64,000 bases of DNA, from the NCBI RefSeq assembly GCF_009914755.1, contig NC_060931.1; one strand, written 5' to 3'. Positions 15,014 through 29,622 of this stretch are shown here, one piece after another. The notes below the pieces were generated by a model. That model was not told the DNA's origin. It did not search any database and saw only the letters and a list, made by a program, of their open reading frames with translations. Source of the stretch: the human T2T-CHM13v2.0 reference genome, Homo sapiens. Both the position numbers and the translations under genes were made by a program. Every line of letters begins with the position of its first letter. Position 1 is the stretch's first letter.

Positions 15014-15195
15014 TTTGTATTGCCCAGGGTGGTCTCAAAGTCCTGGCCTCAAGCAATCCTCCTGCCTTGGCCTCCCAAAATGCTGGGATTACAGGAATGA
15101 ACCATTTGCCCAGCCGCTTTTTTCTTTTTCTCCCTTCCCTCCCTCCCTTCCTCCCTCCCTCCGTCCCTCTTTTCCTTTTTTCTTCCTTCCTTCTT

Positions 15196-15487
<292 letters not shown>

Positions 15488-15699
15488 TGAACCAATTTTT
15501 TTCTTAACTAAAGCCCCAATTGGTCTGTCTGAGGCATTTAAAAAGTTTTTGACTTATATTTTTATTTTAGATATGAAACCTTAATATCAGTCAAAATCAA
15601 TATAAATAACATTCATTTGATAAGAAAAACTAAATACAAATAGTTCCAAGAAGTGTTAATATTTTTATCTTAATTGTTTTTGTAAGATTGAGCTGATTT

Positions 15700-16030
15700 G
15701 ATCACTCCTTCTAGAAACACTACTCTCGGCTTCTGTGATATCACACTCAACTGATTTCCTTTCTACCTCTCTTGCTGTTCCTGCTTGTTCTCCTTTGCTA
15801 ATTTTTACTTCTTTACTCAATTGCCAAATGCTACAGCATTTTGGATTTGCTTCGGTCTCTGTTCTCTATCCATTTTCTATTCATTGTTGACCTCATCCAA
15901 CCCCATGAATTTAAAAATGATCTCTATGCTGATGAGTCTAAAATTTCTGTCTTCCATCCTGACATCTCCGCTGGTTTCAGATGTCTAATCCACATCTCCC
16001 TTTGTATGTTTAATTAAAATGGTTGTCACA
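15700..16030 (+). mobile_element. L2 fragment
   Basis: cactccttctagaaacact...ctctatgctgatgagtctaaaattt. Confidence 0.65.
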
Positions 16031-17608
16031 TGTATGGAAAAGGACTTTTAACTATCCTAGCCTTGTCCATCTAATTAAACCACTATTTACCCTGTTGTTC
16101 AAGCCATTTCATAGTCTTTTGTTTTTGTACCTCTCCATAGCTCTTCTCTTCTCTCTCTACAGACTAGCTTTTCTGCTGTGTATTACTTTCCTAGGGCTGG
16201 TGGCCAGGGCTGGATCCCAATTCCAGCCCCTGGCCTGGAAAAGTCACTGTGGATCAGGCTATGTCAGCTATAAATCCTGATCCTCCACAGGCAGAATAGG
16301 ATAATAATCATGTTCTATGATCAGGTCTCAGGCATGGCTATGGGTGGGGCAATTTTCAGAGAAGGCAGTTGGTGATGCATGGGTTGCGCAGTCTTCCCAG
16401 TAATGTTTACTACACAGCCTTGCCAAATTTTCAGGAGTTTTTATATTCCTGACGCCCTTGACTTGCACATTCATGTAAAGAATCAGAAAGGAAAGATCAT
16501 GCTTTTATCAGTCATGACTGTAGTCCAAAGACTTCTTTTTCTGCTCTATCATTTGTCTTTTTCTTACTGATTAAGAAATAACTTGGCCTATGTGATTTAC
16601 CATCCCTCCTTGATATGAGACCTTTCTTCAAGATCAGTCCAGCAGGTTTTATTTTACTTTATTTTTTCCCTGAATGTGCCAGCCGAGTTTAGACAACGTG
16701 CACTTGCCAAGTAGGCCTTTTAGGGAGTAATCAAATATACTAGAAGCTATGATGACTAAGTACCCTCAAATTCAACCCGAGTCTGTTAAAATTGTCTTAA
16801 CTGTAACCTTTATAATATGATCCTGAGTCACTGTGGGTGGTGGGGGTGGGGGTGGGGAGAGCACAATTATAGGAATTCCCCAAAACAGAAGAAATCTAGT
16901 GAGAGAAAAAAAAAAGAGCAAATGCTCCTAATTTTGACAATTCAATGAAAGTTTGAAGGATGATAAAGATTCACCTTTCCTTTGTATCTTCATCCATACT
17001 AAGCGCATCACAGAAGGAGAGCTGGTTTGTACAATCTATCTTTCTAAAAGAAAGTGGCATTCATGCTAAAAAATGAGGGGGAGAAGCCTCTAGCTGCATG
17101 AACTAGAATAATCTTTACTTATTTTTACTACTTTAGATTCTCAAGAGTAATTTTCAAACGGAAATCTACTGAGGGTTTTTTTTTTTTTTTGGCTGGGATA
17201 GGCCTTCCTGTCTAGCAATGAAGCCATTTCCACTTAATAATTACAGGGTTGTTATGGAAATTCCCTTTTAAAAGTATTACTTTAAAAAATTGTGCAATGT
17301 TACCGCCTCCCCCCTCCCGCCGCAAGACCCTAAAAAAAACTTACATCACACCAAGAATAAATGATGTGATATTTTTTTCTGTAGGATTGCTGCCGTTAGA
17401 GAGAAATGAAAGCAATATTTTAGCAGCCTGTTGCTTCGCAGGATAAACATTGCCCTTATCATTCTTTGTGGATTGATTTTTGCCTGCTTGATGACAGAAT
17501 TCTTCACATGACAGCTAAATTGTTTTGATTATTGAAAATATCACAAGACAAAATATGGTACAATCATAATTTCTTCCCTTTTCTCTCTTTAATCCAAATT
17601 ATACATCA

Positions 17609-17973
<365 letters not shown>

Positions 17974-18667
17974 CAACCTGAGAAAAAACCAAGTCACTGG
18001 CAATGAGATTCACAAACTTATGAAAAGTAGGGAATAAAAAAAAGGATGAATCATAAAATATTTTTTGTATTAACTAGATAAAATCTATCCTTCTGAGTGA
18101 TATTCCCACCTGTTTTCAAGCAAATGGATAAAAATCTCTGGTAAAATAATAGACTATGGAGAAGATTCAGGTAGGAGCTCCTGCTCTGCCTTCTTCCTTG
18201 TTTTTTCCAGTGACTATTGAAAAAAATGGGGAAGAAAAGAGACACTGATAAAGCTTCCAAATTTTCCCAGTAGGAGAGAATTATAAACTTTTCCTACAAC
18301 TTTTTCGTTTTAGACAAAGAGTTTAGTGGTCAGATGAGTTTGGGGATCAATGTTGCTTACATACTCTGATTTCAGGCCTTAACTTCTTCTTAAGTTCCAG
18401 ACCTATGTACCCAGCCACGTTTACAATGTGTCCTCCTGGAAGTTCTGCAGGCAATTCAAACTCCAAAACTTAACTCTCAGTGTTTGTTTCCATATCAGCT
18501 TCATTTCCTACCAGCTATCCCATTGCCCAAGTCAGAAAATTGGTATTCATGCCATGTGGCTCTCTCTCTGTCACCGCCCTCTCACCCTTGATCCAAGCCA
18601 CCCAGTTCTTTTTACTTTGTGTCTTCCCCATCTCTCTGACATGCCTCCTTTTTCTCTTTCTCTCTCT

Positions 18668-19112
<445 letters not shown>

Positions 19113-19429
19113 TAGATGATTCCTCTTTAAGATAAAGTTCCTACCTTCACTTATTCCCCCTCAGATCTCCTATGTCCCTTACATGAAGCCTGTGCTTCAG
19201 AAGTTCCCTGAAGTTGATGCTCTCTCTTTCCAGCACTGCCTGCTCATACTGCTTTACTGGAACCCCTTCCCACTCTCGTATGATTGGCCAATTTCTTCTC
19301 ATTCAAGGCTCAGTTGATGTGCAACCTTCCCTGACACTTCTGTATCCACCTTTCTGAGTAATGTGTTCCTCCTTTATGTTTCCTCAACATCTTGTACGTG
19401 CTCTGACACAATAGTAAAAGGCAATGTGA

Positions 19430-19660
19430 TACTCAATAGCTGAGAAGAGCATTGCCACTGGAATCAGACAGATCTGGGCTTGAATTATGAGTCTGCCATT
19501 TACTAATATCAACCCAGAAATATAATCTCAGTAAACCTCATTTTTATCTATAAATAATACAGATAATAACAGCTATATTACAAGTGTAAGTAAACATAAG
19601 TCTATATAAGTTTTAAGTAAAATAAAATGTATACAACATAAAAATTAGTGCCTAGTATGA
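19430..19660 (+). mobile_element. MIR
   Basis: ctggaatcagacagatctgggcttgaat...tctgccatttact. Confidence 0.7.
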
Positions 19661-20843
19661 TGTAGTTGTATCTCCCCTGTAACTGTGGGTATATCATGTT
19701 CTTTTTGGGATCCTCAGGGCCAAGAAGAGAGTTGGCTCAGAAATGCTGCTAAGATGTCAGCATTTGACACTATTGCCAACTTCCTCCTATAAATACACTC
19801 TCTTGGCTTAAATTTCTTGACACAATTCTCATCTCTGTTCTTCCTATCATTCTGGCTGCTCTTTTTTCTATATATTTTGCTGAGTATTTCTCATATACTT
19901 ATCTTTTTAGAGTTCATCAGGCCCTGTCCTACTGCCTCTTTTTATCTCATTCTCTCTTTACCTCATTTGTTCAAAGATTAACTAACCAACTGCATAAGAA
20001 TTACTTGCCTTCCTTTTCCTGGAAACATGCAGAGTAAGAATACTTAGTATTTGAGGGAGATGAGATCATGGATTTGCATTTTTAACAAGTTCTTTAAGTG
20101 AGTCTTCAACACACTACATTTGAAAATTGTGGCCGTAGAAATTTCTTCCTCTCCTGTATCTTCAAACACTATGCATTTGCTGAAGATTTTTAAATTTATG
20201 TCTGTGTCCCAGACTGCACTGTTGTATTCCCAACCCATATAGCCAACAGCCTCTTTGGCATTTTCCTCTGGAAGTTTCTCAGGCAAAGCGTTCAAACGTA
20301 AAATTTGTATACTTCTCTGCTAAGTATTTCTTAAACGAAGCAGCTTCTACCCAAATGCTCAAACCTAGGGACAGCCATCTCCTTCCTCTTCCCTCCCTCT
20401 GCTCTAGCACCAGAATGCGTGTAATATCTCTTGAATCTTTCCACTTCTTTCCAACCCCACTACATACCCTCTAGTGTAAGCCACAGTTTTCTCAGCCAGA
20501 ATTTCTGTAATAGGCTTCTAATTCATCTTCTTAATGGTAATTAAGTATGGGCTCTGAGTCTGACTTTTAGGTTTTAAAATATCTGTTTGTCAAAACTTGT
20601 TTAACCTTAGTTTCTTCTTCTATGAGGGTGGGATAAAATAGTATCTACCTCAAAGGATTTTAAGATGAGTTACATAGGTAATTAATGTAAATCTCTTTGT
20701 AATGTATGGGACACACAAGAAGCTCACAATAAATTTTTATGAACCACTGCTACTCCCCTTCTGCCCATCAGCCACTCAGTGACAGTGATCCTTAAATATG
20801 CAAATCAAATCATCATACTTTTCTTAAAAACCCTACAATGGCT

Positions 20844-21438
<595 letters not shown>

Positions 21439-21466
21439 TTCGATGGCTTTTAATGTCTTTAAACTA

Positions 21467-21795
21467 CAGTGGTTCCTTGGTATCCTTTGGGTAGTGGTTA
21501 TAGTACCTCTCCCCTATTCCTGACACCCATGGATACCAAAATCTGCAGGTGCTTGAGTCCCTTATATAAAATGGTATAGTATTTGCATATAACCTATGCA
21601 CATCCTCCTGTATAATTTCAATCATTTCTAGATTGCTAATTCAAGGTAAATGCTATATAAATAGTTGTCATACTGTATTTTAAATTTGTATTATTTTTAT
21701 TGTTGTATTTTTGTTTTTACAATTTTTCCAAATATTTTCTATCCTCATTGGTTGAATGCATGGATACAGAACCCTCAGATAAAAAGAGCCCAGTG
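21467..21795 (+). mobile_element. MER2 (TcMar-Tigger non-autonomous element)
   Basis: ta|cagtggttccttggtatcc...ggataccaaaatc...tcccttatataaaatgg...tttgcatataacctatgcacatcctcc. Confidence 0.85.
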
Positions 21796-21859
21796 GATTG
21801 ACCTTTATATGGCTTTTGCGATCCCGTATGGTTGTTTAGCCACAGTTTAAAGTCCCACT

Positions 21860-22200
21860 ACCATTTTTCACTACTCTTTCTTTTGATTTTTTCCCTCCAG
21901 CAATTCTGGATTTCTTTTGTTACTTGAGTGGACCATTCTCTCCTTTGCATCTAGGCCTGCATAGTATTTCATAGATTTTAGGAGAAAAAAGCACTTTATT
22001 ATGATGGGCTACTTCCTTTGAATTCAGTTTCTCCTTCTTACCTTTTTATACCAATTATTACAATTGTAATTTTGTTCTTTGGCCATTATTCCTATATTCC
22101 ACTTTGATGGTGAGGAACATATCTGTCTTCTTCATGGTTGTTTTTCCCCAGTGCCTGGCACATAGAAGACATTTGATAATATTCATTGACTGAATGAATA
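21860..22200 (+). mobile_element. L2 3' region (further L2 pieces about 19760-20840)
   Basis: ccccagtgcctggcacatag...ttgactgaatgaat. Confidence 0.7.
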
Positions 22201-22758
22201 TGATGTTCAATGTATTAATCATTTCCCATTTCTACTTTGCATATTCTGTCTTAAATAATGATTGTATTTTCTGTAGAGTCTCACTTTGGATATTAGATGT
22301 GTACTAGGATTAAGTAAAAATAACTGAACAATGTTCTAAAAATTCTGAGATTTCTATCGGAGAAATATTTACATCTGCAAAATTTTTCCTAGAAAATAAG
22401 TTCCCAGAAATGATACATTTTTTATGTCCAATAAATAAATTATTCATTCAATAAAATTGAGTGTTCTTAATTATAAAAACATTTCTTAATCCTGTATGGT
22501 ATGTTACTTCTACTTAATATGACAAAACTGCTTTCAGACATATTATTAAACTTGAAAAGGGATATTAAGTTTTATTTGGATAGAAGGACTAAATATTTTA
22601 TAAAATGTATTTAATCATTGTCTGCCCTTTGTTACTTTTCAATATGATAGCCTATAAATATGTAATTGATAACTCTGTAAACTAATAGAAAATTTGAGGT
22701 CTATGGTATTGATGTTATCAAGACTCCTTAGATCATTTTAAGTTTTCTTTCTTATTCG

Positions 22759-22930
22759 TTTTTTTTTTTTTTTTAAGAGATGGGGTCTCCCTTTGTTGTC
22801 CAGGCAGGAGTGCAGTGATGCAATCATCACTCTCTGCAGCCTTGAACTCTTGGGCTCAAGCGATTCTCCTGCCTCAGGCGCCTGAGTAGCTTGGACTACC
22901 GGCATATGTCACCACACCCAGCAATTTCTT
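22759..22930 (-). mobile_element. Alu right monomer (FRAM/AluJ fragment)
   Basis: poly(T) gagatggggtctc...ccacacccagc, no left arm. Confidence 0.85.
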
Positions 22931-23196
22931 ATTTTTTAATTGCAAAGAGAATCTTTACCTTTTTCTTTCTGACTTGAAGCAGGTCATCAGATTGTCAACA
23001 GCTGCACCTTTCCTCATTTTGATGCTTATTTACCCCCTTTATTTACCCCCATAGCTACTCCCACACAGCTGAAATAAATGGGTAATTTATTAGAACCCAG
23101 CCTCTTAATTAGTTATACACCTTTAACATTGGCTTGAATCTTGGAGGCCCATCCCAGCACCCACATTGGTTCCAAGATTTTCAGCCTAGTGTAGTG

Positions 23197-23208
23197 GCTA
23201 TAAATAGC
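23197..23208. promoter_or_regulatory. MEF2 consensus site
   Basis: GCTATAAATAGC fits CTA(A/T)4TAG; function not shown. Confidence 0.4.
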
Positions 23209-25606
23209 TCATTTCTATCTACACTTAAGTTTTGAAAGAAGGAAAGAAAGAAAGAGAGACAGAAAAAGAAAAGAAAGAGAGAAAGAAAGGTTGCTGTAGT
23301 TAGAGTCAGAAGAAGAGTTTATTGAAGAAGTAGAGTTTGTTGAAGTTGTTAATTCTGGTAATAACTGCTAACCAGCTGCTAGATAGAAAATATGAAGAGA
23401 GAAAAATCGAGCCCTAGGTCACCATTACTTCACTGTGCCTCTGACATTAGCTCTTCCCCCAGGATATACATAGTAAGTAATTATTTTATATATTTCAATT
23501 TATTGAGTGTCTAATATACGCAGCAAGCTATCTCAAATCTTCTAATTATGTATTTTTGAAATGAAGAAACTGCCTATCAGGTTAGGTTTGGTTAAATAAT
23601 GTGTCCAGAGTCCCTTGTACAGTAAATTGTGGGGTCTGGTGTTTCTTCCTAACTGTAGGGACTGTTCTCTTTCCAGGGTGCCTCACTGCTTTTATCCTCA
23701 AGTGATTTACTTTAAATCATTTAAAGCAGATCAACTTTGTATCCAAGTGGCTGATTTTAAAAATGACCCATCACTTACCGTATCTGCTGCAGCTCCCCCA
23801 ACCCCTCCTCAAGCCCAGGTAGCATCAGTGGACTCCTCTTTGGTTGGCTTTCTCCACTACTCCACACCTCCCTCCACCTATTGGGAAGGTGGCCTTCCTT
23901 GAAGGTATCATGTCATCAAAGTACTGCTTCCATTAAGTCATAAGTCTACTTAGAGTTGCCTTTGTTCAGAACAAAATAGTCAATTTTTGTACACAGTATA
24001 AAACGAGAGAAGGCCTCGACCAAAACTATCTCCATAGAAATTTCATCAATAGAAATTTGCTCCTTTGGCTTTACAAGCCACTTAAAGCTGTTTAATTTGC
24101 CTGAAAGGGTTAACACTTGTTGCCACTATTTAGCTTAAACTGAACCTTTTTTTCAATAGTTTTCCTTCTACCAGTAAGCTGAAATCAGCTTTCTTGAGTA
24201 AATGTAAGTTTTAATGCAGGGTGGGGTAGGATGGAGTGAATGAGAAAGGGAAGATGGGTGGATGTGGGCTTTAAGGTATTAATGAAGTTCAGTTTTGGAG
24301 TAGAGCCCAAAGGGAGAGCAGTTCTAGAACTCATGCTAGTCTCTTGTAATAATTGGAACTTCCAGAGATAGGCAAAATCTGCTGGCTCCTCCAGAGGAGG
24401 TAACACAAAACGCAAGGAATGTGGCTATGGCTCAGTCTTGGAGATAAGATGCATCCCAGTTTTGTTAAGGCCAACTAACTACTAAACTCTGGAAAAGTGG
24501 TATTACATCCTTGTCTTCAGCCACAGGTTTTTCCCTAGTGAAAACACTTCCAAGTATATTTTGTCTCATTCATTCTAAGTCCTATCTATGTTTTGGTGAG
24601 AAATTATTAGGTTGCATGCTACAAACTCCCACACAACCTGCTTTGGGAATTTTCTTGTAAGCACCCTGGGGACTCTCATGAAAGAAAAGTGCAGCACATG
24701 TAGCTGGCCTCACACGAACTGGACATTTGTCAGGAAGTGACTCTCTGTTTTTCTCCCTCCCTAGAGCTACATGATTTTTTGTCCCAGCTTCTCCACGTGT
24801 GTCTGCTATATTCTTCGGTCTCTGGAGACTAATTTCCTATAAACATTTCCATATAGGAAGCGTAAAAGAACAAAAATTTGTGGTAGTTGTAGTTGGAGTG
24901 TTATAGGACTTGTACAGAAGCTGCAAGCAGACTGTTTTAAATTAGACCGTGTATTAATTTGGGATGGATTGTAGGGGGTTTCAGCTACCACTGACACACC
25001 ATCACACGTCCCCGTGAATCTGGCCTGTCTGTGAAAATCCTGGCAGATGATTCAATGTGGCCTTTCAGTGTCTCAATTCCAAATTCCTAGACCAGAGAAT
25101 AGTTGCCCAGCTTCAATCTCTCATCAGTGCTCAACCCATTATTAATATTCCCCTCCTCTTCCAGCATAGTGTTTTGGCCCAAACCAAGAAAGATGCAAGT
25201 GAACAGCTTTCTATATATAATAGAGAAACTTGGAGCCCTGTACTGTCCCAGATGTTATCTTATCACCTTGGTATTTCTTTTTCGTACATGGGAACAACAA
25301 AGCATGTATCCTGACTTAGCGTGGAAAGCAAAATAAAAGCACCCATTGGTAATAGCCTTCCTCAAATCCCCTGAACCAGACATCTCCCATTTCCTTTGAC
25401 TAAGCTCATTTCCTGACAGCCAGCCATCTGCCTTTCAGGACTCTTAAATTGTAGTTTACTAAAAAACAAGCAGCTATGTACACTCCCTCTTCACTTGCTG
25501 ACATCATCTTTGGAAGGTAATTTCTTAGAGTTTTCATCTATGTGAATTCTTTGATGTGATTAAATTGTATACACACACGCACACAAACACCATGAATGTA
25601 GTTTAA

Positions 25607-25983
<377 letters not shown>

Positions 25984-26229
25984 GGCTGACTTTTTTATTT
26001 TTGGTAATTTAAAAATTTGAGTCTACTCATAAGGCTGTGTATTTATTGGTGATATTTCTGACAGTTTGTTGTGATACAATTTGAGATGCTGGGCTTCTTC
26101 CATTTTTTCTTTCTTTCTTTGCCATGTTTTCGATTTCAATCATTTACCTAAACTTATTTCTTACAACATAAAAAACTGTATTCAGAGCTCACTTTTTTGG
26201 ATTTCCTCTTCTAAATAAAATAAGACTAC

Positions 26230-26727
26230 ACTCCCGCCCCTCTTCCCCACCACCGCCCCACTCCCGCCCCACTATCTTCTGTTTGCAGTTTAGGCCAAAA
26301 TGTGTGTGATCATTAAAAACAAAAACAGAACTAAACCTCGCAAGCAGGCTGCAGCTCTGGCTGGGTTCCAGGATTCCATTAGCCAGACAATGGGTGGCCC
26401 CAGCTGAGCCAACAGGCAGCCTGAGTGTTGTGGGAGGAAGCCTATCTTGCCCTCTTTGGGTGTCGGGCTACCTGAGCAGGGTCTAAGGCAGGTTGAAGCT
26501 CGGAATGGGGTAGACAGATTGTTTTGCAAACAGTTGGTAATAAACGTTTAGCATGGCCTGTACTACTTATATTTGCATTAAAAATCAATTAAATTTGGTA
26601 GCGTGCATTTAATATTCTATTTTACCAGTTTATTTTTTTCCTCTTAGAATTATTTAAATAAAACTGCAACCAATTTTGGAATAACTACAGGAGAGCAAGA
26701 AATAGCTTAGCAGAAAGCTAAAAATAG
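26230..26727. promoter_or_regulatory. Candidate enhancer/promoter: three GC boxes, E-box, TEAD-like and MEF2 sites
   Basis: CCGCCC at 26234, 26253, 26264; CAGCTG 26401; GGAATG 26503; CTAAAAATAG 26718-26727. Confidence 0.4.
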
Positions 26728-27565
26728 ATATATTCTTTTAGTTTCTTTCTTATTTCCAAAAGACTTAGCACTATACTTGGGATTATAAAGACTAAAACAA
26801 ATAAAACAATAAAAAATGCAAGGATTAGCATTTCATTGCATTAAATAAGCAACTGCTGCCTTCTATATTTGGATTTTGAATCTCTCAGCAATTTTGTTAT
26901 TACTCTGTATGAAATTACCAAAAGTGAAGAGGACTGACATCTGATAAATGTACAAGCCTGAAGTTATATTTTTGAGAGGACATTTTAATTTAAAAAACAA
27001 CACATGAAAAAGTCTTTAGTTTACCAAGCACTTTGAAGTATGTTATTTCAGTTACTCCTCCAAATAACCGACACAGTCTCTAGAAGGTACAATCCACGAA
27101 GACAGGGATCTTGGCTAACTAATCATGGCATTCATAGACCCCCCCTGGAGAAAACCTCTGAGTTCCACTGAACTGTAATGTGCCAAGGTTGTACTGGTAC
27201 TTCACATACAGAATTTCATCTCATAACAGCACCTCCCAAGAACTCTCTCTTCACCCTAAATTGAGAATTTTAAAAATCACATTTTATAGAAGAGTAAACT
27301 GAAGTTCCTATAAGACCTCCCATTCTTAGCAAACTTTTTTTTTCTTTTTTACTCAAAGCCACCATAGCACAAAAAATTATATGCTTAAAGTTATGCAGCT
27401 TCTAGTTGACAGATCTAGGACATCTATCCATATGTTATGTCTCTAGCTACAGTCCTCTTTCCACCAAATGTCACCTGTTATTGTAATTTTTTTAATCCAT
27501 CATTATGCAAACACTGAGGAACAGGGAGACATCATAAGCCTGGGCAGGAATAGTTAGCTAAGTTG

Positions 27566-28016
27566 TGGAATGAACCTAAGTGTCCATCAACAAATAAATA
27601 GATAAATAAAATGTAGTACATATGCACAATGGAAAACAACTATTCACCTTAATAAGAGAGAAATTCTGTCATTTGCAACAACAGGGATGTACGTGAAGGA
27701 CATTATGATAAGTGAAGTAAGCAAGGCACAGGAAGAGAAATACCACATGTTCTCACTCTGTGTAATCTAAAACAATGAAACTCATAGAAACAGAGAGTGG
27801 AATGGTAGTTAACAGAAGCTGGGGGCTGGTGGAAATGGGGAAATACTGGTCAAGGAAGACAGTGTTTCAGTTAGGAGGAATAAATGTTTGATATGATGGA
27901 TATGTTAATTGGCTTGATTCAATCATTCCATATGGTATCATAGCATCACTTTGTAGCTCATAAATATATGCAGTTATAGATCATCAACATTCAATCAAAT
28001 AAAATAAAGTAAAAAA
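27566..28016 (+). mobile_element. L1MA-like 3' end
   Basis: aacctaagtgtccatcaaca...gaaattctgtcatttgcaacaaca...ataccacatgttctcact, A-rich tail. Confidence 0.88.
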
Positions 28017-29622
28017 TTTAGGGTTTGCTTCAGGAGGTTGACAAGGGTCTTGAAGGAAGACTCACAATCCCTCCCAGTCAGATTAAAGAGGGTAGAAAGT
28101 AGCATACAGCCCCCAAATTGTCATGGCTAGCAGCAAAGTGGAAAAACAGGATCCAGATTTTCAGGATCCCTGTGTTTTTTGTTCATGCCTGCCCCACAGT
28201 TCTTTCCCTCTTGGGGAAATACCTATTTTTTAAGGTCCACTCCTTTGTCACACTCCTCATTCCTCGTCTCCTCACCCTTTAAAGGGCTACTTTTGATCTC
28301 AACCTTTAGAGAAAGGTAGAGCATGCTGGCTTCTGGAGCTTAGAACAAAAGGTTAGCATCTAGGGAGACAGATTCAGAGTTCACATGTACCAACAACATA
28401 TGCTGACTTGGATATTTTGGGTTTCAGTTTAAGGAGATGTCCTGCAAACTTTACACAAACACCCATTCTGTAGGTTATTTCTATCAAGTGAACTTGAGTC
28501 AGGCAGGGGAGGGCAGTGCTGAGACACCAGGAGGAAAACAGCATGCATGGGGCAAGGCAGACTCTATTAGAAGTAAACAGGATATGGGTGACCTGGGAAA
28601 CATCCCCAAAACAGCATGTTTAGGCACATCTCTCACTAAGCTTTGAACTTGCAAAGACAAAAGCTGGGTTGCCCTTTAAGGAGAAGAAAAAAAAAGGAAT
28701 ACTCTTGTTTTCTTCTCCATACTTGTTTCTAAAGGAAATATATTGATTGAAAAATCTCAAAATCCTTCCTGTGTGATAATTTTTCTTCTTTTTTCTATTT
28801 CATATTTTCTATTTGTTTATAGTTTAACATGTTGCATTCTGCATACAAATTTGATCTAAAATCCGGATTTTATATTTTTGATTTGAAAAACTATCTAATC
28901 TTAGTTGAATTCACAAAGATTTTTAAAATAAAACAAAGTAGTGAATGAAAAAAGAAGAATTTCTTTTGGCTTTCACTTAGAACATGTGGTTTCTTTATCA
29001 AAGGATGACAGGTTCTCCAGCCACACCCAGGAAGTCTCTTAAAAATATTGATAAAGCGGTCACTGCAGACACATTCTTGGGTAAAAGAAAATAAACATAT
29101 TACTAATGTTCAAAACTTATATTTTGTGGAAAAAAATATTTTCTCGAAGTATGCGGTGAAGCAAAATGTTAGAAAATGTGTATACATTAATGCATTGATA
29201 TAAACTTTAAAAAATCACCATAACACTTTAGCTTCTGATTTTGTTCAACTTCACTAAATGAACTTCTGTGAGATATATGAATTCCCACAAGTAGATTAAT
29301 TGGGTGGAGAAGTTTATAGACCCCAATTTAGTGAAATGAAAAAGTTATTAAAATATATGTAATTATTCAACAAGTATTTTGAAGCATCTACTATGACTAG
29401 ATTATAAAGCATGTACAGATTAAAAATAAATTGATCTCTAAATTCACCTACAGCTAAATTCAAATTCAAGGCTAATTTTGAAGAAAAGGTTTGAATTTAG
29501 TGGAAAAGCTGATTAGAAGCAGGTTACAAACTATTATTTTCTTATTTTAAGACAAAAAGAGTACATGAATCCAGCTTGCATAGTTCATATTTTCCAATTG
29601 ATTTGTAGGCCTGTTTATACTC

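Larger units (their letters stand above)
14512..15115 (-). mobile_element. AluJ-like element interrupted by an 81-bp tandem array and a 75-bp templated insertion
   Basis: right arm about 14540-14705, left arm resumes at 15020 (ttgcccagggtggtctcaaa) and ends at 15115. Confidence 0.9.

Noticed and set aside
14667-15056. 129-aa ORF with 27-aa repeats
   Set aside because: By-product of the 81-bp repeat inside an Alu
24849-24857. Possible CArG/SRF box ccatatagg
   Set aside because: Only five A/T bases between CC and GG; consensus needs six
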